The notes: a model not told the origin generated them from the letters alone. A DNA stretch of 64,000 nucleotides from Gammaproteobacteria bacterium (GCA_028289815.1 JAPYNQ010000081.1:24577-88576), one strand, 5' to 3'; positions 8,921 through 19,562 are shown, counted from the stretch's first letter. Numbers and translations: made by a program.

Positions 8921-10234
8921 ATGAATAGAGCTGCGCAAAAAGAATATACTGCCCGGCGCAAGCAGTTCATGCGTATGATGGGAGAGGACAGCATTGCCAT
9001 ACTGCCTGCGTCGCCGGAGCGTACCCGTAACCGGGATGTTGATTATCCGTACCGGGTTGATAGTGATTTTTACTATTTGAGTGGTTTCAGAGAGCCTGAT
9101 GCCGTTATTGTGCTTATGCCGGGGCGCATTCATGGAGAGTTTATCCTGTTTTGTCGGGCAAAAGAACCTGAGCAGGAAAGATGGAACGGCAGACGTTCCG
9201 GTCAGGAAGGTGCCTTGGCGGATTATGGGGCGGATGATTCGTTCCCTATATCGGATATCGATGACATTCTGCCTAGCCTGCTGGAGCAATGTGAAAGGGT
9301 TTACTACACCATAGGCTGTAACCCGGAATTTGACAGTCGTTTGCTGGAGTGGTTGAAGATTATTCGCCAGAATGCCCGTTCGGGGGTGCGCATACCGGAT
9401 AAATTCGTATCCCTTGAGCATTTGCTGCATGATATGCGGCTCTTCAAGAGCAGTTATGAACTCAGGCAGCTGCAGACGGCTATCAATATTTCTATCAAGG
9501 CACATGAGCGCGCCATGCGTATGTGCAGGCCGGGTATGATGGAATATGAAATTGAGGCTGAACTGTTATATGAATTTAATAAGGCTGGTTGTGGTTCTGC
9601 CTATCCTTCGATTGTCGGTGGCGGGGCTAATGGTTGTATCCTGCATTATACGAGCAACAGCGACGAGCTGAAAAATGGGGACCTTCTGCTCATTGATGCC
9701 GGTGCCGAATATGACTGTTATGCGGCGGATATTACGCGAACCTTCCCGGTGAATGGCAGGTTTTCCGGTGAGCAAAAGGCAGTTTATGAAGTCGTTCTTG
9801 AGGCCCAGCTGGCTGCTGTCAAAGCGACGAAGCCGGGCGCGCAATGGCAGGACCCGCACCATGTGGCGGTTAAGGTACTGGCTGATGGTATGTCCCATCT
9901 CAGGATTCTCAAAGGGTCGGTAGATTATCTGATCGAAACCGGGAAATATCGTCAGCTTTATATGCACCGTACCGGTCACTGGTTGGGTATGGATGTACAT
10001 GATGTGGGTGATTACAAGGTAGGTGGAGAGTGGCGAGAACTGGAACCCGACATGGTGCTGACGGTTGAACCGGGGATATATATCGCCGAGGGGTTGCCCG
10101 ATGTTGATGAGCGCTGGTGGAATATCGGCGTTCGTATTGAAGATGATGTGTTGGTGACTGATCAGGGTAATAAGGTACTGACACGTAATATGCCGAAGAA
10201 AGTCAGGGATATTGAGGATCTCATGGCGGCATAG
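8921..10234 (+). CDS. pepP: Xaa-Pro aminopeptidase
   Basis: M24B peptidase motifs are present (ILHYTSNSDELKNGDLLLIDAGAEYDCYAADITRTFP, HRTGHWLGMDVHD, VEPGIY, IRIEDD). I moved the start to the ATG at 8921, just after the ygfB stop. The ORF-track start at 8882 overlaps ygfB. Confidence 0.92.
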   Translation: MNRAAQKEYTARRKQFMRMMGEDSIAILPASPERTRNRDVDYPYRVDSDFYYLSGFREPDAVIVLMPGRIHGEFILFCRAKEPEQERWNGRRSGQEGALADYGADDSFPISDIDDILPSLLEQCERVYYTIGCNPEFDSRLLEWLKIIRQNARSGVRIPDKFVSLEHLLHDMRLFKSSYELRQLQTAINISIKAHERAMRMCRPGMMEYEIEAELLYEFNKAGCGSAYPSIVGGGANGCILHYTSNSDELKNGDLLLIDAGAEYDCYAADITRTFPVNGRFSGEQKAVYEVVLEAQLAAVKATKPGAQWQDPHHVAVKVLADGMSHLRILKGSVDYLIETGKYRQLYMHRTGHWLGMDVHDVGDYKVGGEWRELEPDMVLTVEPGIYIAEGLPDVDERWWNIGVRIEDDVLVTDQGNKVLTRNMPKKVRDIEDLMAA

Positions 10235-10239
10235 CTTCT

Positions 10240-11481
10240 GTGGAGGACCGGTTTGACATAGCAGTCGTTGGAGCTGGAGCCGTGGGGAGTATTCTGGCCT
10301 GTGGCCTGTCTGATCTTGGTCTGTCAGTGGTTTTAATCGAAAAAGTACCGGTCAGCACAAGCCGCCAGCCGGCATTTGATGAGCGCCATCTGGGATTTTC
10401 ACGCAGTACGATGATGGTACTCAGAGGGTTGGGGCTTTGGTCGGCAATGTCAGAAGGGGCTGTTGACATCTCCCGTATCCATGTATCGTCCCGCGGCCGC
10501 TTTGGCTCGGTGGTGATAGCGGCGGAGGATGAGGGGCTGCAATCATTGGGATACGTTTTGCCGGCACGGGTGATGGGGCGAGTTCTGTACGAAACTGTTG
10601 CGGAGCGTGACAATATCGAAGTGATTGCTCCGGCTACGCTTATCTGTGCCGATGTCACGGAAGAGGCCGCCATCGTGGTGTTGGAAACAGAACAGGCGAC
10701 CCGAACGATTAAGGCCGACCTGCTTATTGGTGCAGATGGTGCCGACTCGCAGGTACGCCGGCTGTTTCATATTGGGCAAAGCCGGCAGAAGTATGACCAG
10801 AGTGCGGTGATTGCTAATCTGGGCGTTCAGGAACTGGATACCGGGTTGGCTTATGAACGTTTTATTGAGGGTGGTGCGATTGCCTTATTGCCTCGCTCTG
10901 AAACCGGATATGCCGCGATATGTTCAGTGGACAGTGTTGAGGCTGGTCATTTAATGATCATGAGTAATACGGAGTTTGGTGTGTATATCCAGGAGAATTT
11001 CGGCGGTTATATTTCCAGGGTGACCGAAGTCGGCGAACGATTTTGTCTGCCGCTGGCGCTGGTGCGCTCTCGCGAGGTTGTTCGTGATCGATTGGCACTG
11101 ATTGGTAATGCCGCACACTGCATTCACCCAGTAGCCGCGCAGGGATTTAATCTCAGTATGCGCGATGTGGCTGCCTTGCTGGAGATACTGGGCAAGGCAC
11201 GGAAGCAGGGATTACATCCCGGGACACTATCGGTTTTGCAGCGGTATGCTGACTGGCGAAAACAGGATGAACGTATCGTGGTGGCCTTTACCGATAGTTT
11301 GATACGGATATTTACGAACCCGCTGCTGCCGGTCGCCCTTATGCGTCAAAAGGGGCTGCTGGCATTACGTTATCTGCCTGGTCTGCGCAAGTTATTCACG
11401 CGGATGGTTACCGGACGACTAGGCAGGCAGGCGGCGCTGGTGCAGGGTGTTTCTGTCACGTCGAGTGATATTTATGGATAA
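10240..11481 (+). CDS. ubiH: FAD-dependent ubiquinone biosynthesis hydroxylase (UbiH-type)
   Basis: GTG start. The N-terminal DIAVVGAGAVGS dinucleotide fold and the GADGADSQVR and LIGNAAHCIHPVAAQGFN motifs are present. Position after pepP matches E. coli. Confidence 0.85.
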   Translation: MEDRFDIAVVGAGAVGSILACGLSDLGLSVVLIEKVPVSTSRQPAFDERHLGFSRSTMMVLRGLGLWSAMSEGAVDISRIHVSSRGRFGSVVIAAEDEGLQSLGYVLPARVMGRVLYETVAERDNIEVIAPATLICADVTEEAAIVVLETEQATRTIKADLLIGADGADSQVRRLFHIGQSRQKYDQSAVIANLGVQELDTGLAYERFIEGGAIALLPRSETGYAAICSVDSVEAGHLMIMSNTEFGVYIQENFGGYISRVTEVGERFCLPLALVRSREVVRDRLALIGNAAHCIHPVAAQGFNLSMRDVAALLEILGKARKQGLHPGTLSVLQRYADWRKQDERIVVAFTDSLIRIFTNPLLPVALMRQKGLLALRYLPGLRKLFTRMVTGRLGRQAALVQGVSVTSSDIYG

Positions 11482-12682
11482 ACAATACGACATTATCATT
11501 CATGGAGCGGGTATCTCCGGTCTGGTTCTGGCCCTGTCACTGGTAAGAGGGAGTACTTCGTGCAAGGTATCGGTATTACTGTTGGACAGGAATATGCCGA
11601 AGTTGCAGCCGCAAATCCATGAATCACCCTGTTCTGTAAATGACTTTGACAACCGGGTATTTGCATTGAACGAGGCTAGTAAAAAGCTGCTGGAAAATAT
11701 TGTTGTGTGGCCCGGAAAAGATAATGATCGGATTTTTCCCTATAAACATATGCATGTCTGGGATGCAGGAGGAAAAGGTCAGATACATTTTGATGCGCTT
11801 GAAGCTGGTACAGCGTTTCTCGGATATATTGTCGAAGGCAGAGTGATGCGTGACTGGTTGGTAAGAGCTGTCGGCGAGGAGCCCATGATTGATATGAGAG
11901 GCGATGTTGCCCTCAATCAATATGAAACAGTTGATGGAGGATTACGTTTACATTTGAGCTCTGGCGATAGCCTGACCACGCGATTACTGGTAGCTGCCGA
12001 TGGTGCGCAATCTCCTGTCAGGCAGTTGGTCGGTATTGATGCCGTTGGTTGGAGTTATCATCAACAGGCCGTAGTTGCTATTGTCGAAACCGGAATTCAT
12101 CATGCTGATACCGCTTGGCAGCGATTCCTGCCAGAGGGGCCGCTGGCTTTTTTGCCTGTGCAGCAACCGTGGTGTTCCATTGTCTGGTCAGTACCGGAGC
12201 AGCAAGCAGAGCATTTGTGCAGTATGCCGGAACAAGAGTTTGCAGAGCATCTGATGGCTGCCTTTCAGCGGCGCCTTGGTCGAATTAAAGTGGTAGGGCC
12301 TCGTGCAAAATTTCCATTAAAGCTTTTGCATGCACGCCGCTACACTGCAAACAGGTCTGCCTTGATAGCTGATGCCGCACATACAGTTCATCCGCTTGCG
12401 GGCCAAGGGTTGAACCTGGGCCTGCTTGACGTATCGGCACTCTCGCGGCGGATAGCCGAAGCCACCGCAAAAGGGCAGGATATCGGCGGTCGGCGCGTAC
12501 TGAGAGCCTATGAACGATCACGCAAGGGTAATAATTATCTAATGCAGGGCTCATTCGATCTGCTTGAACGTCTGTTCAGTAATGATCAATTGGTGCTTGC
12601 GTATTTGCGTAATACCGGGTTGAATATTGTCAATGGGCTTGTGCCAGTCAAAAATGCCTTTGTCCGTGAAGCCATGGGATAG
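11474..12682 (+). CDS. ubiI: FAD-dependent ubiquinone biosynthesis hydroxylase (UbiI/VisC-type paralog)
   Basis: DIIIHGAGISG, AADGAQSPVR and LIADAAHTVHPLAGQGLNLG motifs. The ATG at 11474 overlaps the ubiH stop. It is the second hydroxylase after ubiH, as in the E. coli ubiH-ubiI pair. Confidence 0.75.
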   Translation: MDKQYDIIIHGAGISGLVLALSLVRGSTSCKVSVLLLDRNMPKLQPQIHESPCSVNDFDNRVFALNEASKKLLENIVVWPGKDNDRIFPYKHMHVWDAGGKGQIHFDALEAGTAFLGYIVEGRVMRDWLVRAVGEEPMIDMRGDVALNQYETVDGGLRLHLSSGDSLTTRLLVAADGAQSPVRQLVGIDAVGWSYHQQAVVAIVETGIHHADTAWQRFLPEGPLAFLPVQQPWCSIVWSVPEQQAEHLCSMPEQEFAEHLMAAFQRRLGRIKVVGPRAKFPLKLLHARRYTANRSALIADAAHTVHPLAGQGLNLGLLDVSALSRRIAEATAKGQDIGGRRVLRAYERSRKGNNYLMQGSFDLLERLFSNDQLVLAYLRNTGLNIVNGLVPVKNAFVREAMG

Positions 12683-12814
12683 CGATGCAGTGCTGTTTTG
12701 TCATGGTTTCGGAATGCCGGGGTAGACTTTTGGGAAAATCCTGAACAAGTTGATCTCGGATTTGTCTGAGCACGGGAGATAAACAATGCGGTTTTTGCTT
12801 TACAGAAGCTGGTA

Positions 12815-13900
12815 ATGATGCAACAAACTGAGCTTAATCAGATTCATCGTGATGCCGACGGCAAGATGGTGGATTTTGCCGGCTGGGATATGCCGCTGCA
12901 TTACGGTTCCCAAAGAGATGAGCACCATTTTGTGCGCCAAGACGCGGGTATGTTTGATGTTTCACACATGACCGTTATTGACTTGCGGGGTAAGGCTGTT
13001 CGGAGGTTCCTTCGCCACCTGCTGGCTAATGATGTCCTCAGGCTGAAGGCGCCGGGCAAAGCACTCTACAGCTGCATGTTACGGGAAGACGGTGGTGTCA
13101 TTGATGATCTGATTGTTTATTTTATCGACGAACAGTATTACCGCATGGTAGTCAATGCTGGTACTACTGAGAAAGATGTGGCTTGGATAGAATCGCGGCT
13201 TGTTGACGGTATTGATATGCGGGTGCGTGATGATCTTGCCATGCTGGCAATTCAGGGTCCGAATGCACGTCAAAAAGCCATGCAGGCCATGTCTGAGGAG
13301 ATGGCGTGGATTGCCGATGAGATCGCGGTCTTTGTTGGTGCATTTTGTGATGACTGGTTCATTGCACGCACAGGTTATACCGGCGAAGATGGTTTTGAGA
13401 TTACACTGCCGGAAACCGAAGTCGCTGATTTTTGGAGTGCCCTGGTCAGAGAAAGTGTAAAGCCTTGTGGCTTGGGAGCTCGTGATACCCTGCGCCTTGA
13501 GGCGGGTATGAACCTGTATGGTATGGATATGGACGAATCAACCAGCCCGCTGGAATCGGGGTTGGGGCGGACGGTTGCTTGGGAGCCGGCGGAGCGCGGT
13601 TTTATAGGTCGCGAAGCTCTTGAACAGCAGGAAGCCAAGGGCGTGGAGAGACGCTTTGCAGGGATACTGTTGGAAGACAAGGGAGTGATGCGCGCCCATC
13701 AAAAGGTGTTGACGACCGAGGGTCATGGCGAGTTGACCAGCGGAGGATTTTCCCCCACCCTTAACCGATCAATCGGTTTTGCACGAATTCCAAAGGGAGA
13801 TAGTGTAGCCTGTGATGTCGAGGTCAGAGGCAAACGTTTGAAAGCAAGAATTGTAAAGCTGCCATTCGTCAGAAATGGCAAAATCTGCATAGAACTATAA
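12815..13900 (+). CDS. gcvT: Glycine cleavage system aminomethyltransferase (T protein)
   Basis: 361-aa ORF. The stretch GWDMPLHYGSQRDEHHFVRQDAGMFDVSHM is typical of GcvT, and gcvH follows. Confidence 0.95.
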   Translation: MMQQTELNQIHRDADGKMVDFAGWDMPLHYGSQRDEHHFVRQDAGMFDVSHMTVIDLRGKAVRRFLRHLLANDVLRLKAPGKALYSCMLREDGGVIDDLIVYFIDEQYYRMVVNAGTTEKDVAWIESRLVDGIDMRVRDDLAMLAIQGPNARQKAMQAMSEEMAWIADEIAVFVGAFCDDWFIARTGYTGEDGFEITLPETEVADFWSALVRESVKPCGLGARDTLRLEAGMNLYGMDMDESTSPLESGLGRTVAWEPAERGFIGREALEQQEAKGVERRFAGILLEDKGVMRAHQKVLTTEGHGELTSGGFSPTLNRSIGFARIPKGDSVACDVEVRGKRLKARIVKLPFVRNGKICIEL

Positions 13901-13909
13901 TTTCGGAGA

Positions 13910-14302
13910 TTGACAATGAGTGAAATCCCTGCCGATTTAAGGTACAGCAAGAGCCACGAATGGGTCAGAGCTGAGGGTGATCTGGTTATCGTTGGTATTA
14001 CTGACCATGCACAGGCCGCCCTTGGTGATATGGTGTATGTTGAAACACCCGAAACAGGTGATCGGCTGAAGGCTGAAGAGGCCTGTGCTGTTGTTGAGTC
14101 TGTTAAAGCGGCCTCTGATATATACAGCCCGACCAGCGGCGAGATTGTGGATAGCAACAGCAACTTGGTCGATAATCCTGAGCTGGTCAATGATGATCCC
14201 TATGGAGATGGTTGGATATTTCAGATGCGCACTGATAACGCGAGTGCGCTCGAGGAATTGATGGATGCGGAGGCCTACGAGACTTTTTGCGAGGAAGAGT
14301 AG
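13910..14302 (+). CDS. gcvH: Glycine cleavage system H protein (lipoyl carrier)
   Basis: 130-aa ORF with the lipoyl-lysine motif VESVKAASD and the N-terminal YSKSHEWV pattern. The start may be the ATG at 13916. Confidence 0.95.
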   Translation: MTMSEIPADLRYSKSHEWVRAEGDLVIVGITDHAQAALGDMVYVETPETGDRLKAEEACAVVESVKAASDIYSPTSGEIVDSNSNLVDNPELVNDDPYGDGWIFQMRTDNASALEELMDAEAYETFCEEE

Positions 14303-14332
14303 TACGGTTAAGGCCACTCACGGAAAATTGAT

Positions 14333-15733
14333 ATGCCCTTTATTCCACACACCGAAGAAGATGTCCGGCAAATGCTTGAGGTCATTGGGGCCAGCAGTAT
14401 TGATAACCTGTTTGATGAAATCCCGGCCGAGCTGCGTATAGACGGGTTGCAGAAGGTGCCCTCGGGTATTGGCGAGATGGAGGTATCGCGTATCATGCAG
14501 GAACGTGCGGTGCAAGACGGGGGGGCACTGAATTTTATTGGCGCGGGTGCGTATGAACACCACATCCCGGCTGCGGTATGGGAAGTGGCTACGCGCGGTG
14601 AATTTTACAGCGCCTATACACCATACCAAGCTGAGGCAAGCCAGGGAACACTGCAATTACTGTATGAGTATCAAACCATGATGGCCTCTCTCATGGGTAT
14701 GGACGTATCGAATGCTTCTTTGTATGACGGAGCAAGTGCACTGGCTGAAGCCATACTCATGGCAGTCCGGGCAAACCGCGGGTCCAAGTTTCGCAGAGTA
14801 CTTGTGCCGGGTGCCTTGCATCCAGTCTATCGTAAAGTGGCGCATGCGCTGACACACCGGCAGGATATTGAGTTAATTGAAATTCCGTTCGATGGAGGAA
14901 CCGGGCTTACCAATATCGCGGCACTGGATCAGTATCAGGGTGAAGGTATTACCGCAGTAGTGATTAACCAGCCCAATTTTTTCGGCCAGCTGGAGGCTAC
15001 GGACACAATAACCGACTGGGCTCATGCCAGCAAAGCACTGGTGATTGCTGTAGTAAATCCGCTGGCCATGTCACTATTGAAGCCGCCAGGCCAATGGGGC
15101 AAACAGGGAGCTGACATTGCCTGCGGTGAAGGACAACCTCTTGGTGCGCCACTTTCCTCCGGGGGACCCTACTACGGCTTTATGACCTGCAAACAGGCCA
15201 CTATTCGCCAGATGCCCGGCAGGATAGTCGGCAGAACCGTGGATATGGATGGAAAGCTTGGTTATGCGCTTACCTTACAGGCAAGAGAACAACATATTCG
15301 CCGCTCCAAGGCGACCTCCAACATCTGTACTAATCAGGGGCTTGTGGTTACCGCTTCGACAATTTATATGTCAATCATGGGAGCAAAGGGGTTGCAGCAG
15401 GTAGCCTCGGCCTGTCATAGTAATTTACGCAAGCTGATTGCTGGGGTACAAAAGATTTCTGGCGTGCGTGTAAGATTTGCCGGGCCGGCGTTTCACGAAG
15501 TTGTACTGGAGCTGGATTGCGAGGTCGCGGGCATATCGCGCAGTATGTCGGCACATGGCATTCAGGCGGGTTATGACTTGGTGGATGAATATCCTGGATT
15601 GCAAAGATGTTTGCTGGTGTGCGTGACAGAAACAAAGACCGATACGGATATCAATAAATATATTGAGTTGCTTGAACGAGTTGTTAGGCTGCAATCTGAG
15701 ATACCTTGCCCGGTCAAGCCCAAATTCGCATAG
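14333..15733 (+). CDS. gcvPA: Glycine dehydrogenase (decarboxylating) subunit 1
   Basis: 466-aa [18 protein letters not shown]...[26 protein letters not shown] is typical of the split P-protein alpha subunit. Confidence 0.95.
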   Translation: MPFIPHTEEDVRQMLEVIGASSIDNLFDEIPAELRIDGLQKVPSGIGEMEVSRIMQERAVQDGGALNFIGAGAYEHHIPAAVWEVATRGEFYSAYTPYQAEASQGTLQLLYEYQTMMASLMGMDVSNASLYDGASALAEAILMAVRANRGSKFRRVLVPGALHPVYRKVAHALTHRQDIELIEIPFDGGTGLTNIAALDQYQGEGITAVVINQPNFFGQLEATDTITDWAHASKALVIAVVNPLAMSLLKPPGQWGKQGADIACGEGQPLGAPLSSGGPYYGFMTCKQATIRQMPGRIVGRTVDMDGKLGYALTLQAREQHIRRSKATSNICTNQGLVVTASTIYMSIMGAKGLQQVASACHSNLRKLIAGVQKISGVRVRFAGPAFHEVVLELDCEVAGISRSMSAHGIQAGYDLVDEYPGLQRCLLVCVTETKTDTDINKYIELLERVVRLQSEIPCPVKPKFA

Positions 15734-15798
15734 TGTTCTGGTGCGTAGATAGCTCAAAATCCGGGCCGATTAAATTTATATCCTGAAAGGAGAAAAAG

Positions 15799-16326
15799 AT
15801 GGCGACAGTGACACTACAGGGAAATGAATTACACACCAATGGTGATTTGCCGGCTGTGGGTACACAGTCCCCTGATTTTATTTTGGTGGACGGCGACCTT
15901 GCCAACAAAAAGCTGTCTGATTTTGCCGGCAAGAAAATTGTTATGAATATCGTTCCGAGCCTAGATACACCGACTTGTGCGGCATCCACCAGAAAATTTA
16001 ATGAACTTGCTGCCGCGCACAAGGATACCGTGATTCTCATCATCTCCGCGGACCTGCCCTTTGCTCAAGGCCGTTTTTGTAGTGCGGAAGGCTTGGCGGA
16101 TGTGGTTTCCCTGTCGATGATGCGCTCCCGGGACTTTGCCAGAGACTATGGCGTATTGATAGAGGATGGCCCGCTGGCTGGTATTACCGCACGTGGCGTG
16201 GTTGTTCTGAATCCCGGTGGGGAAGTAATTTACACGCAGTTAGTCAAAGAGATCGCCGATGAGCCGGATTATGATGCGGCGCTGGCGGCACTTGGTTTTG
16301 AAAGTGGTGATACACCCGAAGAGTAA
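15799..16326 (+). CDS. tpx: Thiol peroxidase (atypical 2-Cys peroxiredoxin, Tpx family)
   Basis: 175-aa ORF with the peroxidatic PSLDTPTC motif and the resolving-Cys context DLPFAQGRFCSAEG. The SD GGAGAAAAAG lies upstream. Confidence 0.92.
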   Translation: MATVTLQGNELHTNGDLPAVGTQSPDFILVDGDLANKKLSDFAGKKIVMNIVPSLDTPTCAASTRKFNELAAAHKDTVILIISADLPFAQGRFCSAEGLADVVSLSMMRSRDFARDYGVLIEDGPLAGITARGVVVLNPGGEVIYTQLVKEIADEPDYDAALAALGFESGDTPEE

Positions 16327-16329
16327 GTC

Positions 16330-17811
16330 ATGTTGATATTTGAAAAATCATCTGCCGGTCGTCAGGCTGGTGGTCAGGCACCTGTCAATCAGATAGAGAC
16401 AGGCGATATTCCCGTGTCTATGCTGCGCCAAGATAAACCAACACTGCCAGAGGTCTCTGAATTACAGGCAGTTCGTCACTATACACAGCTATCGCAGAAG
16501 AATTTCTCAATTGATACACACCTTTATCCGCTGGGTTCTTGTACCATGAAATATAATCCCCGGGCGTGTAACAGCCTTGCCATGCTGCCGGGTTTTTTGG
16601 GGCGTCATCCCTTAAGCCAGAATAATGTTTCTCAGGGGTATCTAAGCTGTCTGTATGAGCTACAGGAAATGCTGGCTGACGTAACCGGTATGCGGAAAAT
16701 ATCGCTGGCCGGTATGGCGGGTGCCCAAGGTGAATTTGCCGGTATGGCGATGATACGGGCATATCATCAGGTGCGTGGTGATAATAATCGCACTGAAGTA
16801 TTGGTTCCCGATGCGGCACACGGCACCAATCCGGCAACGGCGATCATGTGTGGTATGAAGGTCAGGGAAATTTCAACAAATGAAGAAGGTGATGTTGACT
16901 TGGAGGCCTTGCGGGCGATGGTTGGGCCGCAGACTGCCGGGCTGATGCTGACGAACCCCTCCACCCTTGGTGTATTTGAGCGCCGCATTATGGAGATATC
17001 AAAGATGGTTCACGCGGCGGGTGGTCTGCTGTATTACGATGGCGCCAATCTCAACGCGATCCTTGGTAAAGCCCGTCCCGGAGATATGGGATTTGACGCA
17101 ATTCATTTGAACCTGCATAAAACCTTCTCTACCCCTCACGGCGGTGGTGGGCCAGGGGCGGCAGCGGTCGGCGTTAGCGAGCGACTGGTGCCGTATTTGC
17201 CGGTTCCCCATGCCATACAAGAAGGAGACCGCTATCGCTGGGCCGATGAAAATGACATACCTGATACGATTGGCCGGCTGTCCGCTTTTGGTGGAAACGC
17301 TGGTGTTTTGTTACGTGCCTATGTGTACATTCGTATGTTAGGCAGAGAAGGTATGCAGCGTGTTGCGGAATTTGCTGCCTTGAATGCGAACTATCTTATG
17401 AAATGTATGAAGGACAATGGCTTTGACCTAGCATTTGATGGTCGCAGGGCGACACACGAATTTATTGTGACCCTTAAGCGTCAGGCAAAGGAATATGATG
17501 CAACTGCAATGGACTACGCAAAGCGGTTACTGGACTATGGTCACCATGCGCCGACGATGTATTTTCCATTACGGGTACCGGAGTGCCTGTTGATTGAGCC
17601 TACGGAAACGGAAGATAAGGACACATTGGATGCCTTTGCTGAGGCTATGCGGTTGATTGATGAAGAGGCCCGAACTAATGTTGAAACACTAAAGATGGCA
17701 CCGGTGAGTACACCGATAAGACGTGTGGATGACGTCAAGGCTGCCCGAGAGCTGGACCTAGTCTGGAAGCCGGTTCAGGTGAGTCAGCAAGTCGATAATA
17801 AGGTCGCTTAG
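16330..17811 (+). CDS. gcvPB: Glycine dehydrogenase (decarboxylating) subunit 2 (PLP-binding)
   Basis: 493-aa ORF with the [19 protein letters not shown]-lysine motif typical of GcvPB. Confidence 0.95.
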   Translation: MLIFEKSSAGRQAGGQAPVNQIETGDIPVSMLRQDKPTLPEVSELQAVRHYTQLSQKNFSIDTHLYPLGSCTMKYNPRACNSLAMLPGFLGRHPLSQNNVSQGYLSCLYELQEMLADVTGMRKISLAGMAGAQGEFAGMAMIRAYHQVRGDNNRTEVLVPDAAHGTNPATAIMCGMKVREISTNEEGDVDLEALRAMVGPQTAGLMLTNPSTLGVFERRIMEISKMVHAAGGLLYYDGANLNAILGKARPGDMGFDAIHLNLHKTFSTPHGGGGPGAAAVGVSERLVPYLPVPHAIQEGDRYRWADENDIPDTIGRLSAFGGNAGVLLRAYVYIRMLGREGMQRVAEFAALNANYLMKCMKDNGFDLAFDGRRATHEFIVTLKRQAKEYDATAMDYAKRLLDYGHHAPTMYFPLRVPECLLIEPTETEDKDTLDAFAEAMRLIDEEARTNVETLKMAPVSTPIRRVDDVKAARELDLVWKPVQVSQQVDNKVA

Positions 17812-17819
17812 ACAGGAAA

Positions 17820-18191
17820 GTGGTCAAACCTGGAAGTACAGGTCTTGTCCGCATCATTCACGCCTTTGGTTATGCCCTGCTTGGACTCAGAGCCGCTATT
17901 CGGCACGAAGCGGCTTTCCGGCAAGAGTTATTGTTGGCAACTTTTATGATTCCCGCAGGAATTTATTTAGGGTCTGGCGCATTGGAGAAGATATTGCTCG
18001 TTGCTGTGGTACTTCTGGTACTGATTGTTGAGCTGCTTAATTCAGCAATTGAGGCCGCTATAGACCGCGTCGGGGATGAGCACCATGAGCTGGCGGGCCG
18101 CGCAAAAGATATGGGGGCCGCTGCCGTATTGATCTCGTTGATACTGGCTATCTCTGTCTGGTTTTTGATTCTTTGTTCCAACTGTTTTTAG
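17820..18191 (+). CDS. dgkA: Diacylglycerol kinase
   Basis: 123-aa 3-TM ORF with the conserved AFRQEL and ELLNSAIEAAIDRVG..HHELAGRAKDMGAAAV pattern. GTG start. Confidence 0.85.
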   Translation: MVKPGSTGLVRIIHAFGYALLGLRAAIRHEAAFRQELLLATFMIPAGIYLGSGALEKILLVAVVLLVLIVELLNSAIEAAIDRVGDEHHELAGRAKDMGAAAVLISLILAISVWFLILCSNCF

Positions 18192-18201
18192 CAGATTTTT
18201 C

Positions 18202-19143
18202 ATGTCTGTGCTGATTTGCGGTTCTTTTGCCTACGACACCATTATGGTGTTTCACGATAAGTTCAAAAACCATATCCTGCCCGACAAAGTACACATGCTG
18301 AATGTGTCTTTTCTGGTGCCGGGTATGAGAAAGGAATTTGGTGGTTGTGCCGGAAATATCTCATATAACCTTAATCTGCTATGCGACGATGCGTTACCGA
18401 TGGGGACGGTCGGCCATGACTTCCGGCCTTATGCAGACTGGATGGACCGCTGCGGCATAAGCCGGCAATATCTTACGGTTGTTGAAGATAACTATACTGG
18501 TCAGGCATTTATCACGACAGATGAAGACGATAATCAGATCACAGCCTTTCATCCCGGCGCCATGAACGAATCACATATGAATCAAGTGCCTCGGGATGCT
18601 GGTATCAGAATAGGCATTATCTCTCCTGATGGTCGCTGTGGCATGATTGAACATGCCTGTCAGTTTGTCGATGCGGGCATACCTTTCATATTTGATCCTG
18701 GTCAGGGGACACCCATGTTCAGTGGAGAAGAGCTTAAGGTGTTTATCGGGCAGGCGACATGGGTTGCAGTTAATGATTATGAACTACATCTGATACGGCA
18801 GCGTACCGGCTATTCGTTACAGGGCATTGCCGCGCAAGTTAATGCCCTGATCGTAACTAAAGGCGGAGAGGGTTCGACCATCTACAGCAGTGGCACTGAA
18901 ATCCGCATTCCAAGTGTCCGGATTGCTGAAATCAGGGACCCGACCGGATGCGGCGATGCCTATCGTGGTGGGCTATTGTACGGGCTTTCGCATAATTTGG
19001 ACTGGGAAACAACCGGACGGATTGCCTCGCTGATGGCCGGTATGAAAATAGAGCATGAGGGTACCCAGAATCATCATCCGACAAGATGGGATATTAGTGC
19101 ACGTTACAAGGTCTCTTTTGGGGGCAGACTGGAGTTCGGTTGA
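18202..19143 (+). CDS. PfkB-family carbohydrate/nucleoside kinase
   Basis: 313-aa ORF with the N-terminal GG motif (EFGGCAGNISYNL) and the C-terminal anion-hole motif DPTGCGDAYRGG. Confidence 0.8.
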   Translation: MSVLICGSFAYDTIMVFHDKFKNHILPDKVHMLNVSFLVPGMRKEFGGCAGNISYNLNLLCDDALPMGTVGHDFRPYADWMDRCGISRQYLTVVEDNYTGQAFITTDEDDNQITAFHPGAMNESHMNQVPRDAGIRIGIISPDGRCGMIEHACQFVDAGIPFIFDPGQGTPMFSGEELKVFIGQATWVAVNDYELHLIRQRTGYSLQGIAAQVNALIVTKGGEGSTIYSSGTEIRIPSVRIAEIRDPTGCGDAYRGGLLYGLSHNLDWETTGRIASLMAGMKIEHEGTQNHHPTRWDISARYKVSFGGRLEFG

Positions 19144-19150
19144 AATAGAC

Positions 19151-19179
19151 CCCACGATGCGTGGTTATCACATCGTGGG
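19151..19179. terminator. Bidirectional hairpin between the convergent PfkB-family kinase and comEA genes
   Basis: Perfect 9-bp inverted repeat CCCACGATG-N11-CATCGTGGG. It sits 8 nt after the PfkB-family kinase stop and 8 nt before the comEA (restored frame) stop. Confidence 0.6.
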
Positions 19180-19186
19180 ATGCGAG

Positions 19187-19485
19187 TCACTCGGCAGCGG
19201 GCTTGTCAATCTGCCCAGGATCTTCCAGTATCAGATTATCCCGATTGGCTTCTAGGGCTTTAGAACCAATCCCCTTGACGTTAATCAGGTCATCAATAGA
19301 TTAAACATACCGTTTTGTTTCCGGTAAGTAACGATAGCCTGAGCGCGTTTCATACCCACGCCTGTCATGCCGTCTGCAAGCATTTGTGCGTCTGCAGTGT
19401 TGATATTGAGTTTTTCTGCATAGACCGCCGGACATACCAGACAGAATAACAGCATAAAGCCTCCAATCAATCTTGATATATTCAT
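19187..19485 (-). pseudogene. comEA: ComEA-family helix-hairpin-helix DNA receptor, disrupted by a 1-nt frameshift near 19300-19305
   Basis: The ORF 19285-19485 encodes a signal peptide plus the first HhH (LNINTADAQMLADGMTGVGMKRAQAIVTYRKQNGMF) and then stops. The -1 frame continues directly with SIDDLINVKGIGSKALEANRDNLILEDPGQIDKPAAE*, the expected second HhH of ComEA. The junction is at TTTAAT. Confidence 0.75.
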
Positions 19486-19562
19486 AATTTTCTCCTTAAA
19501 GATTTTTAATGGGAAAAGAATTATGTGGGAATAATTTTTCTGACGTAACTATATATTTATAT

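Noticed and set aside
12683-12814. Checked the gcvT upstream region for a glycine riboswitch
   Set aside because: I saw no GGAGAG...CACCGAAGGGGCAA-type aptamer core. The region is short and AT-rich, more like a plain promoter.
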